Assembly: GCA_913055805.1 (NCBI GenBank)
Contig: CAJXLF010000010.1
Location: forward strand, 85,040-149,039
Direction: 5' to 3'
DNA from: an uncultured Salinisphaerales bacterium
Lineage (GTDB): Bacteria > Pseudomonadota > Gammaproteobacteria > Nevskiales > CAJXLF01
DNA: 64,000 bases
Of the stretch, positions 9,396 to 17,270 are shown in pieces (position 1 is the stretch's first letter; every line of letters begins with the position of its first letter). Below the pieces are notes generated by a model that did no database searches, had not been told where the DNA came from, and saw nothing but the letters and a program-made list of their open reading frames with translations. The position numbers and the translations under genes were made by a program.

Positions 9396-10754
9396 ATGCC
9401 TTTCATACCGCATACCCAGGACGATATTCGTGACATGCTGACGGCCATCGGCGCCGACAGCATCGATACGCTGTTCGATGAAATTCCCGCCGGGCTGCGC
9501 TGTAGCGGCCTGCCGGCTATTCCCGAAGGTCTCTCGGAAATGGCCGTCAACCGGCTCATGCAGCAACGCGCCGCGCAGGACGGACAGCCGCTCTGCTTTA
9601 TCGGTGCCGGTGCCTATGAGCACCATATTCCGGCAGCGGTGTGGGAAATCACCACCCGCGGCGAGTTCTACAGCGCCTATACGCCGTATCAGGCAGAGGC
9701 CAGCCAGGGCACGCTGCAGCTGATATACGAATACCAGACCATGATGTGTGGTTTAACCGGCATGGAAGTCTCCAATGCCTCGCTCTACGACGGCGCCTCG
9801 GCGCTGGCCGAAGCGGTGCTCATGGCGGTGCGCGCTAATCGCAAGTCGAAATCGGCGCGTATCCTGGTGCCGGCCGCGGTGCATCCCTATTACCGCCAGG
9901 TGGCGCACAACATCGTCAAGGGGCAGGGTATTGCGCTGGAGACCGTGCCGTTCTGCACCGAGGCAGGCACGACGCTGGTAGAGAGCCTGCAGAAGTACGA
10001 AGGCGAGGACATCACCGCCCTGGTGATTCCGCAGCCCAACTTCTTCGGTTGCCTCGAAGCGGTAGATGCGCTGACCGACTGGGCATATGCCCAGGGTGCG
10101 TTGGCTATCGCCGTGGTCAACCCGCTGGCGCTGGCGCTGCTCAAGCCACCGGGCGAGTGGGGTGCCGAGGGTGTCGACATCTGCGTGGGTGACGGCCAGC
10201 CGCTGGGTTCGCCGCTGTCCTCCGGCGGGCCGTATTTCGGCATCATGTGCTGCAAGCAGGCGCATGTGCGCCAGATGCCGGGCCGTATTGTTGGCCGCAC
10301 CGTGGACCTGGAAGACAGGCCCGGCTTTGCGCTCACTCTGCAACCGCGCGAGCAGCATATCCGCCGCTCCAAGGCGACTTCGAATATCTGCACCAATCAG
10401 GGTCTGCTGGTGACGGCAGCGACCATTCACATGGCGTTGCTGGGCCCGGAAGGGTTGCAGCGTGCGGCGGCGGCGAGCCACGGCAACACAGCAGCGTTGG
10501 TGAATGCGGTCAGCGGCATTGAGGGCGTAGAGGTCATGTTCAGTACCCCGGCTTTTCACGAAGTGGTGCTGCGCCTGCCGAAGAAAGCCGGTGAAGTGCT
10601 GGCCGCGATGGCGAAGAACAACGTACTCGGAGGTTACGATCTGTCTCGCGAGTATCCCGAGATGGGTGAGGCCATTCTGGTTTGCGCCACCGAGACCAAG
10701 ACCCCCGAGGACATTGAACACTATGCCGCCAGCCTGCGGGAGGCGCTGTCATGA
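9396..10754 (+). CDS. gcvPA: glycine dehydrogenase (decarboxylating) subunit 1
   Basis: Split P-protein N-terminal subunit (MPFIPHT...YTPYQAE.SQG). 4-nt overlap with gcvPB. Confidence 0.95.
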   Translation: MPFIPHTQDDIRDMLTAIGADSIDTLFDEIPAGLRCSGLPAIPEGLSEMAVNRLMQQRAAQDGQPLCFIGAGAYEHHIPAAVWEITTRGEFYSAYTPYQAEASQGTLQLIYEYQTMMCGLTGMEVSNASLYDGASALAEAVLMAVRANRKSKSARILVPAAVHPYYRQVAHNIVKGQGIALETVPFCTEAGTTLVESLQKYEGEDITALVIPQPNFFGCLEAVDALTDWAYAQGALAIAVVNPLALALLKPPGEWGAEGVDICVGDGQPLGSPLSSGGPYFGIMCCKQAHVRQMPGRIVGRTVDLEDRPGFALTLQPREQHIRRSKATSNICTNQGLLVTAATIHMALLGPEGLQRAAAASHGNTAALVNAVSGIEGVEVMFSTPAFHEVVLRLPKKAGEVLAAMAKNNVLGGYDLSREYPEMGEAILVCATETKTPEDIEHYAASLREALS

Positions 10755-12280
10755 ACCTGAAGCCGGAAAAACCCAACCAGTTGATCTTTGAGCACAGCCG
10801 CGCCGGTCGGCGTGCCTATGCCCAGGCACCGCTGCAGGCCCCTGAGGCGAGCGGCATTCCCGCCGAGCTGCGCCGCAGTTCCCCGGTCGGTTTGCCGGAA
10901 GCCTCGGAGATGGACGTGGTGCGGCATTACACCCGTCTGTCGCAGAAGAATTTCTCTATCGACACGCATTTCTACCCGCTGGGTTCCTGCACCATGAAGT
11001 ACAACCCACGGGCCTGTAACACCCTGGCCATGCTGCCGGGTTTTCTTGGTCGTCACCCGTTGGCACCAGAGACTCACAGCCAGGGTTTCATGGCTTGCAT
11101 GTTTGAGTTGCAGGAAATTCTCAAGGAAGTGACCGGCATGGCCGGTGTGTCGCTGACCCCAATGGCGGGTGCCCAGGGTGAGTTTGCCGGTGTGGCCATG
11201 ATTCAGGCCTATCACGCTGCGCGGGGTGATACCCAGCGCACCGAGATACTGGTGCCGGATGCGGCGCATGGCACCAACCCGGCCACCGCCACCCAGTGCG
11301 GCTGCAAGACGGTGGAAATTCCCACCAACGACCAGGGCGACGTAGACGTGGAAGCGCTGCGTCAGGCGGTCGGACCGCAGACCGCGGGCATCATGCTCAC
11401 CAACCCGTCCACCCTGGGCGTGTTCGAACGCCAGATCGGCGAAATCCAGAAAATCGTGCATGAAGCCGGTGGCCTGTCCTACTACGACGGCGCCAACCTC
11501 AATGCCATTCTGGGTAAGGTGCGCCCTGGCGACATGGGCTTTGATGTGATTCACATGAACCTGCACAAGACCTTTTCCACACCGCATGGCGGCGGCGGGC
11601 CGGGTTCGGGTGCGGTAGGTGTGAGCAAACGCCTGTTGCCATTCATGCCTATACCTGTCGTCGGCCTTACCGATGACAGGGGGGGGGCGGAAGCTACATC
11701 TCACATCTCACATCTCACATCTCACGGAATTTACCGCTGGCTGGACGAGCAAGATCTGCCGCAGACCATTGGCCGCCTGTCGGCTTTTGCCGGCAATGCC
11801 GGCGTGCTGCTGCGCGCCTATATCTACGCCCGTCTACTGGGCCGTGAGGGCATGCACCGCGTGGCCGAGTTCGCCACCCTGAACGCCAATTACCTGATGG
11901 TGGAACTGCAGAAGCGCGGCTTCGACGTGGCCTACAAGGGTCGTCGCGCCAGCCACGAATTCATCATTACGCTCAAGCGCCAGAAGCAGGCACTGGAACT
12001 CACCGCTACCGACGTCGCCAAGCGACTGCTCGATTACGGTTTCCACGCGCCGACCATCTACTTCCCGCTGCTGGTGCCCGAGTGTCTGCTGATCGAACCG
12101 ACAGAGACCGAAAGCCGGGAAACACTGGATGCCTTTGTGGACGCGATGGTGACGATATGGGACGAGGCAAAGGCCGATATCGAGCAGGTGAAGGCTGCGC
12201 CTTACACCATGCCGGTACGCCGCCTCGACGATGTGCGCGCCGCGCGTGAACTGGACCTGCGCTGGCAGGGAAATGAGTAG
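10751..12280 (+). CDS. gcvPB: glycine dehydrogenase (decarboxylating) subunit 2
   Basis: PLP-lysine region [16 protein letters not shown]. 509 aa. It contains an unusual repeat-bearing segment at 11679-11725. Confidence 0.95.
   Translation: MNLKPEKPNQLIFEHSRAGRRAYAQAPLQAPEASGIPAELRRSSPVGLPEASEMDVVRHYTRLSQKNFSIDTHFYPLGSCTMKYNPRACNTLAMLPGFLGRHPLAPETHSQGFMACMFELQEILKEVTGMAGVSLTPMAGAQGEFAGVAMIQAYHAARGDTQRTEILVPDAAHGTNPATATQCGCKTVEIPTNDQGDVDVEALRQAVGPQTAGIMLTNPSTLGVFERQIGEIQKIVHEAGGLSYYDGANLNAILGKVRPGDMGFDVIHMNLHKTFSTPHGGGGPGSGAVGVSKRLLPFMPIPVVGLTDDRGGAEATSHISHLTSHGIYRWLDEQDLPQTIGRLSAFAGNAGVLLRAYIYARLLGREGMHRVAEFATLNANYLMVELQKRGFDVAYKGRRASHEFIITLKRQKQALELTATDVAKRLLDYGFHAPTIYFPLLVPECLLIEPTETESRETLDAFVDAMVTIWDEAKADIEQVKAAPYTMPVRRLDDVRAARELDLRWQGNE
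11679..11725 (+). repeat. G9 homopolymer (11679-11687) plus heptanucleotide tandem repeat ACATCTC x4 (+AC) (11696-11725) inside gcvPB
   Basis: Read directly: gacaGGGGGGGGGcggaagct ACATCTC ACATCTC ACATCTC ACATCTC ACgg. It encodes ..[18 protein letters not shown].. Confidence 0.9.
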
Positions 12281-12284
12281 GTCT

Positions 12285-12396
12285 CACGCAAAGGCGCCAA
12301 GGCGCAAAGAGCGTGTATGAGAAAGTACTTCGTCATTCCGGAAACCACAAAGTGGTTTCCGGTGAAGAATTCCTGGCGCCTTTGCGCCTTTGCGTG
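12285..12396. repeat. miniature cargo-less copy of the CGCAAAGGCG inverted-repeat element with central hairpin
   Basis: The left arm is CACGCAAAGGCGCCAAGGCGCAAAG (12285-12309). The right arm is GGCGCCTTTGCGCCTTTGCGTG (12375-12396). The core hairpin is CCGGAAACCAC-AAA-GTGGTTTCCGG (12338-12362). Confidence 0.7.
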
Positions 12397-12410
12397 AGGA
12401 AATGATTTAA

Positions 12411-13343
12411 ATGTCTGCTTTGATTTGTGGTTCCCTGGCGTACGACACCATCATGGTGTTCGATGGCCAGTTCAAGAACGAAATCCTGCCCGACCAGGTA
12501 CATATCCTGAATGTGTCCTTCCTGGTGCCGGACCTGCGCCGCGAGTTTGGCGGCTGTGCTGGCAACATTGCCTATAACCTGAATCTGCTGGGTGGCGAGG
12601 GTGCGCCCATGGGTACGGTGGGGCGTGATTTTACCCCCTATGCCGACTGGATGAAGGAGCAGGGTATCAGGCGTGATTACCTCGAAGTGATCGACAACAG
12701 TTATACCGCGCAGGCCTATATCACCACCGACAAGGATGACAACCAGATCACGGCTTTCCATCCGGGCGCCATGAATCACGCGCATGTGCAGAGGGTGCCC
12801 GTCGATGACGGCATCACCCTGGGTATGGTATCGCCGGACGGCCGTCAGGCCATGCTGGATCATGCGGAGCAATTCGCGGCTGCCGGCATTCCCTTTATTT
12901 TCGATCCAGGCCAGGGATTACCCATGTTCGGTGGCGAGGAACTGAGTCGTTTCATCGAACTGGCCACCTATGTCACGGTCAACGACTACGAGTGCAAGAT
13001 GCTCATGGACCGCACACAACTGGACGAAGAGACCATCGCTTCCCGGGTCGAGGCGCTCATAATCACGCGTGGCGGTCAGGGCAGCAGCATTTACGCAGAC
13101 GGCCAACGCGTGGATATTCCCTGTGCCCCGGTTTCCCGTGTGACCGATCCTACAGGCTGTGGTGATGCTTACCGCGCCGGCCTCATCTATGGCCTGCAGC
13201 AGAACCTGGGCTGGGAAACTACAGGCCGTATTGCCTCGCTGATCGGCGCCATCAAGATCGAGCAGCCCGGCACCCAGAATCACAGCTTCAGCATGGACGA
13301 CTTCAGGGCGCGTTATCAGGATAGCTTCGGCAGCAGCCTGTAA
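12411..13343 (+). CDS. PfkB-family carbohydrate/nucleoside kinase
   Basis: PfkB N-terminal pattern (GSLAYDTIM...GGCAGNIAYNL) and C-terminal DPTGCGDAYRAG motif. Confidence 0.8.
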   Translation: MSALICGSLAYDTIMVFDGQFKNEILPDQVHILNVSFLVPDLRREFGGCAGNIAYNLNLLGGEGAPMGTVGRDFTPYADWMKEQGIRRDYLEVIDNSYTAQAYITTDKDDNQITAFHPGAMNHAHVQRVPVDDGITLGMVSPDGRQAMLDHAEQFAAAGIPFIFDPGQGLPMFGGEELSRFIELATYVTVNDYECKMLMDRTQLDEETIASRVEALIITRGGQGSSIYADGQRVDIPCAPVSRVTDPTGCGDAYRAGLIYGLQQNLGWETTGRIASLIGAIKIEQPGTQNHSFSMDDFRARYQDSFGSSL

Positions 13344-13407
13344 GAACAATGGCAGCTCAGCGGTCTTAAGCTATATTCACTAGCCTGAGGCCATCGCGAG
13401 TCTGAGT

Positions 13408-13995
13408 ATGAACAAGGAAATACTGCTGCATCCCATCCGTTGGCTGGACCAGTCCCGTGTGGCCGATTTCATTGCGCCGCTGCTACTGCGTATCTACCTT
13501 GTGCCGGTGTTCTGGATGGCCGGAATGAGCAAAATCGATCACTTCGACAGTACGGTCCAGTGGTTCGGTAATCCCGACTGGGGGCTGGGTCTGCCATTTC
13601 CGACGCTGATGGCAGGTTTGGCGACGGGCACCGAGCTGGTCGGTGCGGTCTGCCTCGCTTTTGGCTTGCTGACTAGACTCATGTGCATACCCATGATGGT
13701 CACCATGCTGGTGGCAGCCTTCGCCGTGCATTGGGAAAACGGCTGGCTGGCGATAGCCGAGAGCGGTTCCCCGGCCTCCATGAACCTGAAAACCACGCTG
13801 AATCAGTTACAGGACAGTAATCCCGAGCTATACGGGCAACTGGTGGCCTACGGCAAACCCGTAGTACTGAACAACGGCATTGAATTCGCCGCGACTTATT
13901 TTCTCATGTTGCTGGTGTTGTTCTTCACCGGAGCCGGCCGCTGGGTGAGTCTGGACTACTGGATTCACCGCCGCTTTCGTCCGGAAATGGTGTAG
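13408..13995 (+). CDS. DoxX-family membrane protein
   Basis: Four hydrophobic segments. DoxX-like N-terminus (LLLRIYLVPVFWMAGMSK). Confidence 0.6.
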   Translation: MNKEILLHPIRWLDQSRVADFIAPLLLRIYLVPVFWMAGMSKIDHFDSTVQWFGNPDWGLGLPFPTLMAGLATGTELVGAVCLAFGLLTRLMCIPMMVTMLVAAFAVHWENGWLAIAESGSPASMNLKTTLNQLQDSNPELYGQLVAYGKPVVLNNGIEFAATYFLMLLVLFFTGAGRWVSLDYWIHRRFRPEMV

Positions 13996-14078
13996 AAAGC
14001 TTTTTCTGATCCGGTTGGGTTCGGGGGCGCGCGCTATACTCTCTGACAGCCCTTCCAACAAGCTGCAGCACAGCACAT

Positions 14079-16256
14079 TTGACCGCTGGCAGACGGGTTA
14101 TAGGGGGATCGATCAAGAACAGGAAGAGTGAATCCGCTATACCGCCCCAGCGCGTGCTGCTGGCTGCCGCCATGGCCGGACTCGCAGTCTGGGCGGTTCT
14201 GGTTTATGTCAATCTGCAAGTCCCCTGGTTGGGTTTGAAACTGCTGCCCTCTGAAAACGCCGTGCGCGTAGAGGCTGTGGCGGAGCATCACCCCAACAGT
14301 GCGCGCATAGCGCCGGGTGATGTTCTGCTGACTATCGGCCCGCAGACGGCGGAACCGATACAGCTGCAAGCCGATGACTTGCTCAAGGAACCCGACGTAC
14401 TCATCGACAAGGGAGCCTATTCAGGCTTCATGGCTCGGCAGCAGCGAATTTACTCAGCCTATTCAGGCGGCCGGATGAACGTAGTCCTGTCCGATGGACA
14501 GCGTATCGAACTGCTGGCAGAGGCACGGCCCCTGGGCGCGATTTCCTGGCTGTTTTGGCTGGAGTGCGCCTGGACGCTGACTTGCCTTCTGCTGGGTGCT
14601 GCGATCTGGGCTTTTCGCCGTGACGAAGCCAGTGCTTATCTGCTGGGGACCGGCATCGCCTACTTCGTATTTGTTGCGGGCGACGCCATGTACGGCACGC
14701 GCGAACTGGCGCTGCCATCTGACCTGTTCTATCTGTTTTCCTTTGCCAACAGCGCGGGCGCCATGTTCTATCCTGCCAGCCTGGTGGCGTTGTTGTGGAA
14801 TTATCCCTGCCGTGTCGGTGGCCGATGGTTGCCGCCGGTGATTTTTGTTCTGGCCATCATGGCCTTGCTGGGCAGCCGCCTGCAGTTGCCGGGTACGGGG
14901 CTTTATCTGCTTCCCGCCTTCATTCTTCTGTGCTGTGTTATCGGGCTGGGTCTGGCAGTCATGCAATGGCGCAGGAGTCGCCCGGACCCGGTGGCGCATG
15001 CCATTGCGCGCTGGATCATCGCCATTCTGTTTCTTTCTGTGTGGTTGTCTGCCGTGTTGATGACGGTGCCGGTCTTGCTGGGCATGCGCCAGCTGGCGCC
15101 GCAGAGCCTGTTGTTCGGCGTCTTTCTGATTTTCTATCTGGGCCTGGCGGTAGGTGTGGGCCGCTATCGGGTGTTTGACCTGGATCGCTGGTGGTTCCGG
15201 GCCTGGGGCTGGTTTCTCGGCGGCCTTGTAGTGTTGTTACTCGATGCCTTGCTGCTGTCGTTGTTCCACATGGGCAAGCTGCTGTCTCTCAGCCTGTCGC
15301 TGGCAGTCGTTGGCTGGCTCTATTTTCCGGTGCGGCAGTGGTTGTGGACAGGGTTTTTCCAGCGTACGCAATCGCCGCTGGAGCAGGCCTTGCCACAGGT
15401 AATCGATGTTCTTTTTGCCGTGGATAGCGAGCGCGCTATCCGCGAACGCTGGCCGGAGTTGCTGCAAAAGACGTTTTCGGCGCTTAACGTGGAGTCCGGA
15501 AGGCAAGGGCTGATGCGTATCGAAAGATCCAATGACGGTACACGTTTGTGTATGCCGGCACTAGAAGCTGATGGTGATGTGTTTGAAGTGGTTTATCCGG
15601 CAGGGGGCTCGCGGCTCTTTACCGGCGAGGACATACAGCTGGCGGAAGTACTGCTGGCCTTGATGCGGCGTGCCGTGCAGGCAGTGCGTGCGCGCGAGCA
15701 AGGTGCGGATACAGAGCGTGCACGTATTCGCCGTGACTTGCACGACGACCTCGGAGCGCAGCTTGTGGACATGACCCAGCGTCTTCCGGATAAATCCAGC
15801 CGCGACCAGGCGCGTGAAGCCGTCAGCCGGCTGCGGGCGGTTCTGACGGCCATGGGCGAAGACAGCACCTCACTGTCTGACGCTCTAGGGGAATGGCAGG
15901 CAGAAGCTGATGCCAGGCTGTCAGAAGCCGGTATCAGCTGCGAGTGGCGGGCTGATATTCAGGAAGACCTCAGGTTGACGGCTCGCCAGCGCGCCAACCT
16001 GGTGCATATCCTGCGCGAGGCTATAACCAATATTATCCGTCATTCCGGGGCAGCGAAATCGACATTCAGTTTTTCGGGTGGCCGGGGTGCACTGGAGGTT
16101 GTTATCGCAGACGACGGTCATGGCCGGAATCCTGAGTCCGGCGCCGGTCTTGGGCTGGCAGGTATGCAGCAAAGAATGGAAGAGCTGGGTGGCAGCCTGC
16201 GTCTGGGTCAGTCAGTCCGGGGTGGGTTGCAGCTGGACATCCGGTTGCCTCTATAA
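14079..16256 (+). CDS. sensor histidine kinase (periplasmic PDZ-like segment, ~8-10 TM, HisKA_3 + HATPase_c; NarL/LuxR-partner type)
   Basis: RIRRDLHDDLGAQL (HisKA_3 His box). ILREAITNIIRH (N box). DDGHG...GLGLAGMQQR (G boxes). The start codon is uncertain. Confidence 0.8.
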   Translation: MTAGRRVIGGSIKNRKSESAIPPQRVLLAAAMAGLAVWAVLVYVNLQVPWLGLKLLPSENAVRVEAVAEHHPNSARIAPGDVLLTIGPQTAEPIQLQADDLLKEPDVLIDKGAYSGFMARQQRIYSAYSGGRMNVVLSDGQRIELLAEARPLGAISWLFWLECAWTLTCLLLGAAIWAFRRDEASAYLLGTGIAYFVFVAGDAMYGTRELALPSDLFYLFSFANSAGAMFYPASLVALLWNYPCRVGGRWLPPVIFVLAIMALLGSRLQLPGTGLYLLPAFILLCCVIGLGLAVMQWRRSRPDPVAHAIARWIIAILFLSVWLSAVLMTVPVLLGMRQLAPQSLLFGVFLIFYLGLAVGVGRYRVFDLDRWWFRAWGWFLGGLVVLLLDALLLSLFHMGKLLSLSLSLAVVGWLYFPVRQWLWTGFFQRTQSPLEQALPQVIDVLFAVDSERAIRERWPELLQKTFSALNVESGRQGLMRIERSNDGTRLCMPALEADGDVFEVVYPAGGSRLFTGEDIQLAEVLLALMRRAVQAVRAREQGADTERARIRRDLHDDLGAQLVDMTQRLPDKSSRDQAREAVSRLRAVLTAMGEDSTSLSDALGEWQAEADARLSEAGISCEWRADIQEDLRLTARQRANLVHILREAITNIIRHSGAAKSTFSFSGGRGALEVVIADDGHGRNPESGAGLGLAGMQQRMEELGGSLRLGQSVRGGLQLDIRLPL

Positions 16257-16931
16257 ATGCGGATTCGTTAATCCAAGGCGCGTGGCCTCCATCGCCGCCT
16301 CGGCGCGGGAGGTAACCTGCAGCTTTCGGTAAATGTTCTTGACGTGGTAGGCGATCGTATTACGGCTGACCTCAAGCGCCTGGGCTGCTTCGCTGAGCTT
16401 GTAACCCTTGGTGATCAGCACCAGGATTTCCCGTTCCCTCTGGGTCAAAGGCTCCTCGATCTCGGCGGGCTTGCCGCCAAAAGTGTCCAGCAGGCGTCTG
16501 GCGATCGCCGGTGACAGTGGAGGCTTGCCGTCAATAATGCCGGCCAGACTATCTGCAATCTCCTGCTGCTCCCCTTCCTTGAGCAGGTAGCCCTGGGCCC
16601 CGGCACGCAAGGCAGAAAACAGGTGTTCATCATCGTCGAAGATGGTTATGACCACCGACATGCAATCCGGGTGTTTGGTGCTCAGTTCGGCAATTAATTC
16701 CACCCCCGAACCGTCCGGCAGCCCCAGATCGATCAAGGCCAGATCGGGCGCTCTTTTCAGAAGGCTGCGTCCGCCTTTGACATCTTCGGCCGTGGACACT
16801 TGTGCGTTCGGAAAAGCCAGGTCCAGCGCCCCCGTCAGCCACTCGAGGCTGGCAGGCCGGTCCTCGACCACGATGATTCGGTGGATTGTCTTGGCGGACA
16901 ACGGTTCTCTCCGGTCTGCATGCTGATTCAC
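16251..16931 (-). CDS. LuxR/NarL-family response regulator (REC + HTH)
   Basis: The receiver domain has IIVVEDRP...DLALIDLGLPDGSG. The C-terminus has LTQREREILVLITKGYKLSEAAQALEVSRNTIAYHVKNIYRKL. There is a convergent 6-bp overlap with the kinase gene. Confidence 0.9.
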   Translation of the reverse strand: MNQHADRREPLSAKTIHRIIVVEDRPASLEWLTGALDLAFPNAQVSTAEDVKGGRSLLKRAPDLALIDLGLPDGSGVELIAELSTKHPDCMSVVITIFDDDEHLFSALRAGAQGYLLKEGEQQEIADSLAGIIDGKPPLSPAIARRLLDTFGGKPAEIEEPLTQREREILVLITKGYKLSEAAQALEVSRNTIAYHVKNIYRKLQVTSRAEAAMEATRLGLTNPHL

Positions 16932-17102
16932 TTCTGATTGTAGGCCACCGCCTACCCAAACATGTAGGACGGGCCGGATTTTGTTCGCCCAGACTGATGG
17001 CTAAGAAGCGAACGGCGGGGATCGGTCATGATTATTGGTATCGATAAAAGCATCCGGGCGACGCATCGTGTGAAAGCAGGGTGGTTTGTTGTGATGACCT
17101 GC

Positions 17103-17270
17103 ATGGCAGATCAGTCACAGGCAGCCATGCCGGCATTGGGCGATAAAAACGATCCCGGTGCTGCTGCCTCGGTCCCCGTTCTTCTACTGCTGTTTTTGCT
17201 GGCTGTGGGCTGGCTGGCGGTGGGTTGGTTCGCCAGCCGGCATGCAAGGAGATCCGGGCCATGGAAATGA
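17103..17270 (+). CDS. possible small membrane protein (55 aa) overlapping the start of the downstream surface protein
   Basis: MADQSQAAMPALGDKNDPGAAASVPVLLLLFLLAVGWLAVGWFASRHARRSGPWK has one TM segment plus a basic cluster. Its TGA overlaps ATG 17261/17267. No clear Shine-Dalgarno sequence was seen, so it may be spurious. Confidence 0.2.
   Translation: MADQSQAAMPALGDKNDPGAAASVPVLLLLFLLAVGWLAVGWFASRHARRSGPWK

Noticed and set aside
8939-12396. CGCAAAGGCG repeats as a possible CRISPR array or integron attC sites
   Set aside because: There are only two tandem 10-mers per arm, arranged as inverted pairs. There is no regular repeat-spacer periodicity and no cas or intI gene in the window, and the arms lack the GTTRRRY core expected of attC.
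16251-16256. The 6-bp convergent overlap of the kinase and regulator genes as a possible annotation error
   Set aside because: Both stop codons were verified directly (TAA at 16254-16256 on the + strand; TAG complement at 16251-16253). The overlap is real and harmless.
17028-17102. The longer 80-aa version of the small ORF upstream of the beta-helix protein
   Set aside because: The N-terminal 25 codons have no RBS or coding-like features. Only the shorter TM-containing version is kept, and that at low confidence.
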